From Candidatus Binatia bacterium (GTDB lineage: Bacteria > Desulfobacterota > Binatia > Bin18), in NCBI GenBank assembly GCA_963666315.2, contig CAXXHG010000003.1, forward strand, positions 1 through 64,000: DNA of 64,000 nucleotides, read 5' to 3'. Position 1 is the first letter of the stretch; every line of letters starts with the position of its first letter. The notes under the pieces were generated by a model, which was not told the DNA's origin, did not search any database, and was given only the letters and a program-made list of their open reading frames with translations. The position numbers and the translations under genes were made by a program. Below, piece by piece: positions 47,488-59,892 of this stretch.

Positions 47488-48705
47488 ATGTCCAGTGTTG
47501 CCTTTGAAGATAGGCGATCTGCGGCGCTGTCGGTGACTGAACTGGCGAGCCGGATTCAGGGGACGCTTGAGGCCGACTTTGGCGAAGTTTGGGTCGTGGG
47601 AGAAATTTCCGGACTGCGCGCGCCTGCGTCCGGCCATCTGTATTTCACGCTCAAAGATGACACGAGTCAGTTGCGGGGGGTGATGTTTCGCGGCTATGCA
47701 CGGCTGCTGCGCTTTCAGCCGGAGGATGGGCTGGCGGTCCTTATCAAAGGGCGGGTGAGTCTCTACTCGGCACGTGGCGATCTGCAGGTGTATGCGGCAA
47801 CCATGGAGCCGCGCGGACTGGGCGAACAACAATTGGCCTTGGAGCAGCTGAAGGCCAAGCTCGCCGCAGAAGGGCTCTTTGCCACAGAGCGCAAACGTCC
47901 ATTGCCGTTCTTCCCACGCTGTGTTGGGGTAGTCACCACACTGGGTGGAGCGGCCATCCACGATATCCTGACGATTCTGCACGGACGCTGTCCCTATACC
48001 CGAGTCATAGTCAGGCCTACTCAAGTCCAGGGGGCTGGCGCGGGTGTGGAGATCGCAGCAGGGATACACGATTTGAACGAGCACGGCCAAGCCGAGGTGA
48101 TTATTATTGGCCGGGGCGGAGGCTCGCGAGAAGATCTGAATGCCTTCAATGAGGAGGTCGTTGCCCGAGCCATTGCCGATTCCTCTCTGCCTGTTATCGC
48201 TGCGGTGGGTCATGAGATAGACCTGAGCATTGCCGACCTTGTGGCTGACCACCGGGCGCCAACGCCAACGGCGGCAGCGGAAATAGTCGTGCCTGTGTGG
48301 ACCGACCTGTCCAGCCAGGTCGCTGGAAACGCGCGTGCCCTCGCCTCTACGATGCAGCGCTATATAGGCGACTCCCACGGGCGGGTGGATCGGCTTGCCG
48401 AGCGGATGCGCGATCCGCAGCGCCAGATTGATGCACTGCGTGAACGGCTACGGGTCTCGGTCTTACGTCTGCGTACGGCATTTCAACGCAAAAACGAATA
48501 CGCACGGGCGCAAGTTCAGGACTTGGCTGCAACGCTTAATAGTTTGAGTCCTCTTGCTGTTTTAGGACGAGGATATAGTCTCACCCGAACCGTACCTGGT
48601 AACACCCTGGTGACAACAGCTGCAAACTTGACCCGGGGTGATCAGGTCCGCTTGACCTTCGCTCACGGAGAGGCAACGGCCCGGATTGAAGAGGTTGCGA
48701 AATAG
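47488..48705 (+). CDS. xseA: exodeoxyribonuclease VII large subunit
   Basis: SGHLYFTLKD, GRGGGSREDL, AVGHEID, RAPTPTAAAE, LSPLAVLGRGY. Confidence 0.96.
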   Translation: MSSVAFEDRRSAALSVTELASRIQGTLEADFGEVWVVGEISGLRAPASGHLYFTLKDDTSQLRGVMFRGYARLLRFQPEDGLAVLIKGRVSLYSARGDLQVYAATMEPRGLGEQQLALEQLKAKLAAEGLFATERKRPLPFFPRCVGVVTTLGGAAIHDILTILHGRCPYTRVIVRPTQVQGAGAGVEIAAGIHDLNEHGQAEVIIIGRGGGSREDLNAFNEEVVARAIADSSLPVIAAVGHEIDLSIADLVADHRAPTPTAAAEIVVPVWTDLSSQVAGNARALASTMQRYIGDSHGRVDRLAERMRDPQRQIDALRERLRVSVLRLRTAFQRKNEYARAQVQDLAATLNSLSPLAVLGRGYSLTRTVPGNTLVTTAANLTRGDQVRLTFAHGEATARIEEVAK

Positions 48706-48966
48706 ATGGAGATCCCAGCCGATAAGAAATTTGAAGACGGGCTGCAAGACTTAGAAGGACTAGTTGAGAAACTCGATGCTGGAGACTTGCCGCTTGAGGC
48801 GGCCTTACAGGCGTTTGAAGACGGCGTAGTCTTGGTACGTTTTCTTGAAGATAAGCTGACCGAAGTGGAAAAGCGGGTTGAAGTCTTAACCCGCGACAAT
48901 AGTGGGATGTTTCACACTCAAAGCCTGGAAACCGATGCCGAAGCGAATGAAGAAGAGGACGCGTGA
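48706..48966 (+). CDS. xseB: exodeoxyribonuclease VII small subunit
   Basis: FEDGLQDLE.LVEKL..GDLPLE.AL..FEDGV; follows xseA. Confidence 0.95.
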   Translation: MEIPADKKFEDGLQDLEGLVEKLDAGDLPLEAALQAFEDGVVLVRFLEDKLTEVEKRVEVLTRDNSGMFHTQSLETDAEANEEEDA

Positions 48967-49865
48967 ATCTCGAACGGTATTTAGAACAACGCCGCAAACT
49001 CATTGATCAGACCCTTAAGCAGCTCCTGACTGACCATGACGCACCGCCCCGGACCCTCAGCAAAGCCATGCGGTACAGCCTGTTTTCCGGCGGGAAACGG
49101 ATCCGGCCTATTCTCGCCCTGGCCAGTGGAGAAGCCGTGGGCGCACGCCCCACGCGGATACTCCCCTTTGCCTGCGCGTTGGAGATGATCCATTCGTATT
49201 CTTTAGTCCATGACGATTTGCCGGCCATGGACGATGATGACCTGCGTCGGGGCAAACCGACCAACCATAAGGTGTTTGGTGAGGCCATGGCCATTTTAGC
49301 CGGAGATGGACTGCTCACCGAGGCCTTCCGGATTATGGCTCAGGGCGCTCTCCGCAAGGGACAAGACCGGACCGCCGGGCTCCAAGCCATATGGGAGGTG
49401 GCTGCCGGAGCCGGGATGGCCGGCATGGTGGGTGGACAGGTCGCAGATATTGAGGCAGAGCGAAAAAAGCCGACGCGTAAAATCGTTGAATACATCCATA
49501 CCCGAAAGACCGGGGCCTTACTGCGCGCTTCAGTCCGCGTCGGAGCGCGGGTTGGCGGGGCAACCTCACGACAGTTCACACGGCTCGATCAGTATGGGAC
49601 GGCAGTCGGCCTAGCCTTTCAGGTGACAGACGATATTCTCGACATTGAAGGCGGAACTGAGAAAACCGGGAAACGGGTGGGGCGAGATGCCGAGCTGAAC
49701 AAGGCAACCTATCCTGCCGCCCTTGGGATGAAAAAAACCAAGCAGTACGCGCGCGTACTGCTCGATAACGCCCTCACCGCGCTCAAGACATTTGGCCCCA
49801 AAGCCGAGCCGCTCCGACAGATTGCACTGTTCGTTGTTGAGCGTGCGGTCCCATCTCAAACGTGA
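48963..49865 (+). CDS. ispA: farnesyl/geranylgeranyl diphosphate synthase
   Basis: GGKRIRP, HDDLPAMDDDDLRRGKPT, GGQVAD, KTG, FQVTDDILD. Confidence 0.95.
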   Translation: MNLERYLEQRRKLIDQTLKQLLTDHDAPPRTLSKAMRYSLFSGGKRIRPILALASGEAVGARPTRILPFACALEMIHSYSLVHDDLPAMDDDDLRRGKPTNHKVFGEAMAILAGDGLLTEAFRIMAQGALRKGQDRTAGLQAIWEVAAGAGMAGMVGGQVADIEAERKKPTRKIVEYIHTRKTGALLRASVRVGARVGGATSRQFTRLDQYGTAVGLAFQVTDDILDIEGGTEKTGKRVGRDAELNKATYPAALGMKKTKQYARVLLDNALTALKTFGPKAEPLRQIALFVVERAVPSQT

Positions 49866-50602
49866 GTCAACGCAAACGCCTTGATCTGCTCCTGGTTGAG
49901 CGCGGCCTCGTGACGAGCCGGGAGCAAGCCCGTCGGCTGATTATGGCAGGTGCGGTGGTCGTGGCTGAACAGAGAGTTGACAAGCCTGGTACCTTAGTGG
50001 ATTTGGGAGCTTCCGTGCGCCTCAAAGAAGACGCCCGCTCTCCATACGTGAGTCGAGGCGGACACAAACTGGCAGGCGGGTTAGAGGCGTTCAGTTTGGA
50101 TGTGACCGGCATCGTCGCCCTCGACGTGGGTGCGTCGACCGGCGGCTTTACCGATTGCCTGCTGCAACATGGTGCCGTCAAGGTTTTTGCCGTTGACGTA
50201 GGATATGGACAACTGGCCTGGTCCCTGCGCCAAGATCCTCGTGTAGTGAATCTAGAGCGGTGCAATATTCGTACTCTCACCTCTGACGCACTTACTGAGA
50301 CGCCGAGTCTGGCTGTCATCGATGCCTCCTTTATTTCGTTGACCTTGGTGATTCCGAAGGTCCTGAATTTGATTGCCGACAAAGGGGAGGTCGTTGCCCT
50401 GGTCAAGCCGCAGTTTGAAGTTGGGAAAGGACGCGTAGGGAAGGGCGGCGTTGTCAGAGACCCGACCCTGCATGCGGAAGTGTTAGCCCAATTGCAAAGG
50501 CAGGCCGACGTCTGGCAGGTTGAGGTGAAAGGCGTTATAGAATCTTCGTTGCGCGGGGCGAAGGGCAATAGAGAGTTTCTGCTCTATTTGCAAAAACGAT
50601 GA
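49862..50602 (+). CDS. tlyA: TlyA-family rRNA methyltransferase
   Basis: S4 domain RLDLLLVERGL, YVSRGGHKL, DVGASTGGFTD, DASFISL, KPQFE, GNREF. Confidence 0.96.
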   Translation: MSQRKRLDLLLVERGLVTSREQARRLIMAGAVVVAEQRVDKPGTLVDLGASVRLKEDARSPYVSRGGHKLAGGLEAFSLDVTGIVALDVGASTGGFTDCLLQHGAVKVFAVDVGYGQLAWSLRQDPRVVNLERCNIRTLTSDALTETPSLAVIDASFISLTLVIPKVLNLIADKGEVVALVKPQFEVGKGRVGKGGVVRDPTLHAEVLAQLQRQADVWQVEVKGVIESSLRGAKGNREFLLYLQKR

Positions 50603-50632
50603 GAACATCTTGAAGAACGTTTTGAGGAGCTC

Positions 50633-51301
50633 ATGTCACTGAGTCAGAAATTGCACGCTACGGCTGTACCGATTTGGCAAAAAACCTTGAGACACCCGTT
50701 TGTTGTCGGACTTGGCAATGGAAGCCTGTCCTTAGATCGGTTTCGTTTCTATATGTGTCAGGACTATGTCTTCCTGATCGAGTATAGCCGCACGCTTGCA
50801 CTCGCAACGGCAAAAGCGGCCGACCTGGAGACCATGGGCCGGTTTGCCACTCTGCTTGACGCGACGCTGAATCAAGAGATGGCGCTCCACCGTGAATTCG
50901 CTGCGGAATGTGGTATCAGTGTGGAAACGCTGGCCGCGACGCAACCCGCACCAACAACCTTTGCCTATACGCGCCACCTGCTGGAGGTCGCTACGCTGGG
51001 CAACCTGGCTGAGATTGTAACGGCTTTATTACCGTGCCAATGGGGCTATAGTGAGATCGGACAAACACTTGCCCGGCAGGGAAAACCTGCTCATCCGCCT
51101 TATCCTCCATATTATGCAAAGTGGATAGATATGTACGCCTCTGCCGAGTTTGCCGCTGTAGGGATATGGCTGCGGGACCTACTCGACTCCCTTGCTCCGA
51201 CGGCAGATGAAGAACGGCTCACGCACATTTTTCGCGCCAGCTCGCGTTACGAATATCTGTTCTGGGAAATGGCCTATCAGTCTGAGGACTGGTTAGTCTG
51301 A
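50633..51301 (+). CDS. tenA: thiaminase II (TenA)
   Basis: HPFV..LGNGSL, FYMCQDY, LLPCQWGY, WIDMY, EYLFWEMAY. Confidence 0.93.
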   Translation: MSLSQKLHATAVPIWQKTLRHPFVVGLGNGSLSLDRFRFYMCQDYVFLIEYSRTLALATAKAADLETMGRFATLLDATLNQEMALHREFAAECGISVETLAATQPAPTTFAYTRHLLEVATLGNLAEIVTALLPCQWGYSEIGQTLARQGKPAHPPYPPYYAKWIDMYASAEFAAVGIWLRDLLDSLAPTADEERLTHIFRASSRYEYLFWEMAYQSEDWLV

Positions 51302-51373
51302 GGACGGGTAAATCCGATCAATCCAACCCGGCCAACCAGTCCGGGAGCACTCCTCCGGATTCCGATAGTGCCG

Positions 51374-53140
51374 CTAGGCGGCGTGTGGATACGACAACGA
51401 GGGAGACGCTGACTCAGCTCGATTGGTCGGATGGGGCAAGCCGAGTTCGGTGAACATCCAGCCTGGGCGCGCATCAAATTCGTCTTTGCGGACCTTGGCC
51501 AATGCGTCGTCAAGCGAGCAGAGTCCTGCGCAGATTTTTTCCATAGCATCCCAGTACAACGTCGTCATCTCCCATTGTTCAACCGCTTGCCGTTTGAGGC
51601 CTTCCGCGGTGACGGTCTGACTGGTGATGACGCGTCGCATGGCATCATTGGGAACCAACATCTCGTGAATACGTGAGGGTGTTTTCAATCGGATCTTCGA
51701 TAGTCTGAATATTGAGATCCGGACGCTGGACTTCATTCAAGGCTGAGTAGAGCGTCATCGATTTCCCGGAGCCGGTAGGGCCGACATGCAACACCATGCC
51801 GTAGGGGGTCACAATATGCTTACGGTAGAGTGCTAAATTGCGGGCAGAGAATCCTAAATCCGCCAGTGGCATGACCGATTTGCGCTTATCGAGAATACGC
51901 ATGACGATCTTCTCGCCAAAATTCATCGGTGCGGTCGCCGCCCGCAAATCAAAATCGGCACCGCGGTGTGAGAAATGCTTAAAGACGATGCGTCCGTCCT
52001 GTGGGAGCCGTCGCTCGACAATATCCAGCTCGCTCATGATTTTAAAACGCGACATCAAAGGACGTATAAGTCCGCGGTGCTCGGACCGGTTGACGATGCG
52101 GAGCGCGCCGTCGATACGATAACGGATAACGACGGCCTTTTCCGACGGCTCGATATGGATGTCTGAAGCCCCCATGTCGTAGGCCCGCTCGATAAGCTGA
52201 TTCGCCAGCCTGATGATCAGACCGGATTCTTCCGTGACGTCATCCTTGAGCCCTTCCTTCCCTAGGGTTTCCTGGCTCCATCCTCAAACAAGGCCAAGAT
52301 ATTTTGTGGTCCGGTGACACTCAGCTGGGACGCGTGGACTTGGCCTTTCCATTTTTTGAGTAGCATTGTGAGTTCCCAGTTGAAGGGATTACTACACACA
52401 AAGACCTGGTCCGTACTCGACCCCTTGATATTGATTGGTGCAACCAGATTGGTTCTGCAAAAGGGTGGCGGGAGGAGGCCTAAGGTAATATCGAGCGGGC
52501 TGAGGAATTTCACATACGGCAGATGCAGGAACCCGGCGATGAGTTTTGCCATCTAAGCTTCCGTTAACCGGAGCTGACCGGCATGCGTGTAGAGTTTGTC
52601 GGGGGTCAGCGTTGTGTCGATCTTTGTTTGCTCCACCGACAAAACAAGCTTTTTCTCTAAAAACGTTTTGAAGCGCAGAAAGTCTGACACGATGAGCGCG
52701 GGAGGCGGAATGGAAACCTTGGCCTCTTGTACGCTGCGGATTTCTTCCCAACGCATACGGGTAGCGAGATGGGTGGAGACCGCTTTCAGCAGCTTTTCTT
52801 TGCGTATCGGTTTGGTCAGATAGTCTGCTGCCCCAAGGGCAAAAGCTTTGGCCTTATCTTCGGCGTCGGCGAGCGCGGTCACGAAGATGACCGGAATATA
52901 CGACAATTCCGGATTCTTTTGCAGACGCGCGCAGACCTCATACCCGTCTAATTCCGGCATCAGGATATCGAGCAGGATGAGCGCGGGTTTGGTGGCGACG
53001 ATGACCTCGAGTGCCTCCAGTCCGTTCGTAGCTGTCTCGACACGATAGCCCCTCTTGGTCAAGAGGCTGGCAATGATCTTGAGATTGACTGCTTCGTCAT
53101 CGACACAGCAGATGAGCGGTTGGGTCGTCTCCATCGTCAT
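51374..53140 (-). pseudogene. receiver-domain / GspE-PilB ATPase fusion, disrupted (stop, frameshift, internal deletion)
   Basis: REC domain (CVDDE, LLDILMP, DYLTKP) and in-frame TAG at 52553, then an N-domain, ASDIHIEP, RRLPQDGR, VGPTGSGKS, TIEDPIE, and a jump to IHEMLVP. Confidence 0.82.
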
Positions 53141-53307
53141 GACGTTTTCCTCATAAGCGCCTCAGGGTTTGAAGCTAGGGAAACTGGAATGCTTCCCGCT
53201 AGTTCCAGACCCTACTTAGTTTTATGAATCGACAAATAATATGGGATCTGTAGCCGAGTTGGGGTATTTTGGGCCTGTTATGGCTACGGAAAGGGAGGCG
53301 GCCGAGG

Positions 53308-55277
53308 CTAGCCTGCTACCCAACGTGCAAGAGTGGCTTTGAGGAGCGCAGGCTTAATCGGTTTGGTGAGGTAATCGTCCATGCCCGCAGCGAGACATTT
53401 CTCTTTATCGCCCTGCATGGCGTTGGCTGTGAGGGCAATAATGGGAATTGTCCCGAATGTCTCTCGTTAGCGAATCGCCCGGGTTGCCTCAAAGCCGTCC
53501 ATCTCGGGCATTTGGCAGTCCATGAGCACGGCTGCGTATGCTTGCTGGGTCAACGTTTCGACGGCTTCTTTGCCGTTTGGGACAACGTGGGTCTGATAGC
53601 CGAACTTCTTGAGCAGGCGGGCGGTCAATTTCTGGTTAATGGGATTATCTTCAGCGATCAGTATCAGAGGTTGGCTGGCGGTCTGCCCCGCTTCTTCTAT
53701 TGCAAGGGGTCGAGCACTTTGGGCAGCAGGTGTATCGACTCCTGAGGGGCTCGAGGTGTGGGTGTCCGGCGAGAGCGGATGTCGTATGAACGGTTGCCGT
53801 GTGAACGGAAGCTCAAACCAAAATATACTGCCCTGTCCCGTTGTGCTGTCTACGCCGATCTGTCCACCCATGAGTTCGACCAAGCGTTTACAGATTGCTA
53901 AGCCCAGGCCGGTTCCTCCATACTGCCGGGTTGTTGAAGCATCGATTTGCGAGAACGCCTGAAAAAGGCGGTGACACTGCTTAGGATCAATACCGATCCC
54001 AGGATCGGAAACGCTAAAGCGTAACCGTATAGGTGCGCCGTTGGAAGCAGACTGAGCAATGCTTTGGACTGTCAGCTGAACGTCACCCTGTTGGGTAAAT
54101 TTCAAGGCATTTCCAACCAAATTAAGAAGAATCTGACGCAATCGACTTAGATCACCGTGCAGCGCGTGTGGAACCTGCGGATCAAGCGGAGCGGTGAGAT
54201 GCAGGCCCTTATCCTGGGCGGATTTGGTAAAGAGGGCAACGATCTCGGACAGGATATCCGCTAGGTTAAAGTCCACGATTTCAAGATCGAGTTTGCCCGC
54301 CTCGATTTTTGAGAAATCGAGAATATCGTTCAGAATGGTGAGGAGAGACTCTGCCGAACTTTGGGCTGTCGCTGTGTACTCTTGCTGCTCTGGGGTGAGG
54401 TCTGTGTCCCGTAGTAACTCAGTCATACCAAGGATGCCGTTCATCGGCGTACGGATTTTCATGGCTCATAGTAGCCAGGAATTCCGACTTGGCTCGGTTT
54501 GCTGCTTCGGCTGCCTCTTTGGACTGTCTGAGTTCAGTCTCCAGGCGTTTGTGCTCGGTTAAATCAACCCCATAGCAGCGCAGTAATCCAACCTGAGGCA
54601 AGGGAAAGAAACCCCACTCAAAAGAGCGGCCTTGCTGGTTGACCTCAACTTTATCCTGTGTTTTCCCTTGTTCCAGGCACTGGCTGACAATCTGAATGAT
54701 CGTGCGGGGTAAAATGGCCGGCAGCGCGTCCTGGGTAAAGCCGAACTCGGTAATCAGCTCCAGCATGGCTGGGTTGGCATACACCATATGAGCCCCGGTA
54801 TCGAGTTCGACAATCGGGTTAGGACTCTCTTCTGGGATAGAGGCTAGCCGTTGCTGATCACGTTCCAATTCAATCTGGGCAGTGAGGTCGCGCAGGCTGA
54901 TCAGCGCTCCGGAATCTTGCGCTCCGCGGAGGGGAACACAGGTGAACTCAACTGGACGCCGTACACCGTTTCAACACATAATGTAAGCTGGGAGAGAGGG
55001 AAACCGGGCTCTGGGTCTGGAGTGCTTGGAGAATAGGGTCTTTCCTTGGAGGCGCTGTCTCATCAAGGCAAAGAAACTCTTGAAAAGGCTTGCCGATACA
55101 GGCGGCCTGTGTCCACCCTAGGAGTTGTTCAGCGGCAAAATTGAGTCCGACGATTACTCCATCCTCACGGACGACACACGCTCCTACGGGAAAAGCTTGC
55201 AGCAGGACGTGCGGTGCGAGTGCGTCCAATGTTTCGAGGGCAACGGGCCGGCTCTTCTGTTGGTTTTGAGATGCCAT
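53308..55277 (-). pseudogene. hybrid sensor histidine kinase (PAS-PAS-HisKA-HATPase-REC), disrupted
   Basis: AKSEFLATMSHE/IRTPMNGILG frameshift, [30 protein letters not shown], in-frame TAA at 53467, then IIALTANAM...KPIKP. Confidence 0.87.
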
Positions 55278-55646
55278 AGAGATAGTCGTGTGTGTTCTTG
55301 GAGTATCGTTGGAGTCCCTTGGAGTCCCTGTGCAGAGCCTACTCTTTTCTCATATTCCCTCGAGAGAAAGAAATCGGCCTAGATGAGAAAAACTTTGATG
55401 CAACTTGAGGTATGGCGGCCGACAGCAGGCGGGACCTATTTTATTAGGCCTGATGTGCTGAGGCGGTGAGGAGCCGTTTCGCCCGCTTGATGGAGGACCG
55501 CACAGGCTGCCATCATCTGGCTTCGGAAGCCTCAGACTATATCCGTTGCGCAAGTGATGATCTGTCGGATGACGCGTCCGGCGCTTAGTCTCCTGCCTAC
55601 GGACTGAAACTTTCCAGGGGCAGGAGTCGTGAGAGAGACCAATGAC

Positions 55647-55675
55647 TTGACAGCCTCAAGGAACAGCGGTACAGA
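55647..55675 (+). promoter_or_regulatory. putative sigma70 promoter of pyr operon
   Basis: TTGACA, 17-bp spacer, TACAGA, just upstream of the PyrR-binding loop. Confidence 0.55.
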
Positions 55676-55682
55676 AAGGGCA

Positions 55683-57370
<1,688 letters not shown>

Positions 57371-57373
57371 AAG

Positions 57374-58674
57374 ATGCGCATTGTGGTAAGTGGCGGAACT
57401 ATTATTGATCCGGCCAATGAGCGGCAGAGAGCCTTGACCTGTTGATCGAAGACGGGCTGATTTGTGAACTCGGCCAGCCGGGGAGTTTGGCCATCCGTGA
57501 CGCAGAACGCCTCGATGTATCCGGCTGGATTATCGCTCCAGGGCTGATAGACATGCACGTGCATCTGCGCGAGCCGGGCTATGAATATAAGGAGACGGTG
57601 CTGACGGGAGCCCAAGCCGCAGTTGCCGGCGGATTCACTGCGGTTGCGTGTATGGCCAATACAAACCCGGTCAACGATAATGGCACAGTCACCCGCTTCA
57701 TTATTGAGCAGGCGCGTTTGGCAGGGCTCGCCCGGGTCTTTCCCATAGGCGCGCTGTCAAAGGGGCTCAAAGGAGAAGAGCTCGCGGAAATTGGGGAAAT
57801 GGTCGATGCGGGTGTGGTCGCAATTTCTGACGACGGGCGACCCATCATGGACGCCAACCTCATGCGTCGCGCGCTGGAATACTGCTCCATGTTTGATGTG
57901 CCGATCAGCGTGCATGAAGAAGATGTGAATCTGTCAGCCGGTGGCAGTATGAATGAAGGCCCCACTGCACTGCGGCTTGGCCTTCGGGGCGTACCCAGTG
58001 TAGCCGAAGAAGTGATGGTCGCACGGGATATTGCCCTGGCTCGTCTGACCGGAGGGCGGGTGCATATTGCGCATGTCAGTACGCTCAGGGCTGTGGAGTT
58101 GATCCGTCAGGCCAAAGCGGAAGACATTGCCGTGACGGCGGAAGTCGCGCCGCACCATTTTACGCTGACGGAGGAGTCGGTTGCGGGCTATAACACGAAC
58201 GCAAAGATGAGTCCTCCGCTCCGACTGGCTGAGGATGTGGAGGCGATGAAGGACGGCCTACGAGACGGGACCATCGATGCTATTGCGACTGACCATGCTC
58301 CTCACCACCGGGACGAAAAAGAGCTTGAGTTCGACCAGGCTGCCCACGGAATCACCGGTTTGGAGACGGCCCTGGCGTTGACGTTGAATCTGGTACGGGA
58401 AGGGGTCTTGTCCATGTCCGAGGCTGTTCGGAAGCTGACCGTCAATCCTGCTCGTATTCTGGGCCTTCCGTATGGAACCCTCTCGGTTGGTGTGCCTGCC
58501 GACCTGACTGTTTTTGACCCCGACGCGCTGTGGCGCGTGGATCCGCTGGCATCCCGGTCACGTAGTCAGAATACGCCTTTTGCAGGGTGGGAACTGCAAG
58601 GGAAGACGCGGCTTACCATGGTCGGCGGTCGCATTGTGTATGACGCCGAGAAACAGGAGGGCGGAGCAGCGTGA
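57374..58674 (+). CDS. pyrC: dihydroorotase; apparent frameshift near 57428
   Basis: [15 protein letters not shown] in one frame, then [28 protein letters not shown] in another. Confidence 0.95.
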
Positions 58675-59888
58675 CGCAGAAAGTCGTATTGGCCCTTGCT
58701 GATGGGACGGTCTTTGAAGGTGTGGCCTTTGGTGCTGAGGGAGAGGCTGTTGGGGAAATTGTCTTCAATACATCACTGACCGGCTATCAAGAGATTCTCA
58801 CCGACCCGTCGTATAAGGGCCAGATTGTTACCATGACGTATCCCGAGATCGGGAATGTGGGTGTGAATTCAGAAGATGTGGAATCCCGCCAGCCGTTTGT
58901 TGAAGGTTTTGTGGTGAAGGAGTATTGGGAACGGCCCAGTAATTGGCGTGCCCAAAAGAGCTTGGCGGCGTATATGCGTGAGCACGGTATCGTCGGCATT
59001 CAGGGCATTGATACGCGCGCCCTGGTACGTCGTCTGCGTGACTACGGAGCCCAGCAGGGAGTGATCTCAACGCTTGATCTTGATCCACACCGTCTCGTGG
59101 AGAAGGCCCAGGCTGCGCCGAGTTTGGTTGGGCGCGATCTCGTACAAGAAGTCACCTGCGCTCACGCGTATAATTGGTCTCAGGGCTACTGGGAGTTGGA
59201 AAAAGGCTATCGAGTTCAGGAATCAGCGGACATGAACCAGCCCCTAACTCCGAACTCCCAGCCCCCAACCCCTAGGTTTTCGGTTGTCGCTTATGATTTT
59301 GGGATCAAGTTCAACATCCTGCGCCATCTCGTCGAAGCGGGCTGCCGGGTACGCGTAGTCCCGGCACAGACGCCGGCTGCTGAGGTCCTGAGCCTGAAGC
59401 CTGACGGTGTGTTTTTATCAAACGGGCCCGGTGACCCTGATGCGATCTCCTCCGCCAAGGACAATATCGCGGCTCTGCTTGGCAAGGTGCCCATGTTCGG
59501 TATCTGTCTTGGCCATCAGATCATAGGTTTGGCTCTTGGCGGACGGACGTATAAGCTCAAATTCGGACACCATGGTGGGAATCAACCGGTCATGGATCTG
59601 ACGACTCGAAAGGTTGAGATTACGGCACAGAATCACGGTTTTTGTGTTGATGTGGACTCCTTACGGGGACGGGCAGAGGTGACCCACCTCAACCTGAATG
59701 ATCAGACCGTTGAGGGTCTCAGGCATACACACTATCCGCTGTTTTCCGTGCAGTACCATCCGGAATCCTCACCCGGTCCGCATGACGCCGACTATCTATT
59801 TAGGCGTTTTACTGCGCTCATGGAAAATTTTCGATCAGGGGATGCAAGCGCAACGAACCAGTCTGCGGGTTCGCCCGCAGACTCGTAA
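58671..59888 (+). CDS. carA: carbamoyl-phosphate synthase small subunit
   Basis: [39 protein letters not shown]. Confidence 0.97.
   Translation: MTQKVVLALADGTVFEGVAFGAEGEAVGEIVFNTSLTGYQEILTDPSYKGQIVTMTYPEIGNVGVNSEDVESRQPFVEGFVVKEYWERPSNWRAQKSLAAYMREHGIVGIQGIDTRALVRRLRDYGAQQGVISTLDLDPHRLVEKAQAAPSLVGRDLVQEVTCAHAYNWSQGYWELEKGYRVQESADMNQPLTPNSQPPTPRFSVVAYDFGIKFNILRHLVEAGCRVRVVPAQTPAAEVLSLKPDGVFLSNGPGDPDAISSAKDNIAALLGKVPMFGICLGHQIIGLALGGRTYKLKFGHHGGNQPVMDLTTRKVEITAQNHGFCVDVDSLRGRAEVTHLNLNDQTVEGLRHTHYPLFSVQYHPESSPGPHDADYLFRRFTALMENFRSGDASATNQSAGSPADS
59239..59273 (+). repeat. five degenerate heptamer repeats inside carA
   Basis: AGCCCCT AACTCCG AACTCCC AGCCCCC AACCCCT. Confidence 0.65.
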
Positions 59889-59892
59889 CCCT

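Noticed and set aside
53150-53300. Possible c-di-GMP riboswitch near the REC-PilB or kinase genes
   Set aside because: No GEMM-type GGCAAA...GAAA...GACGCAAA pattern was found on either strand.
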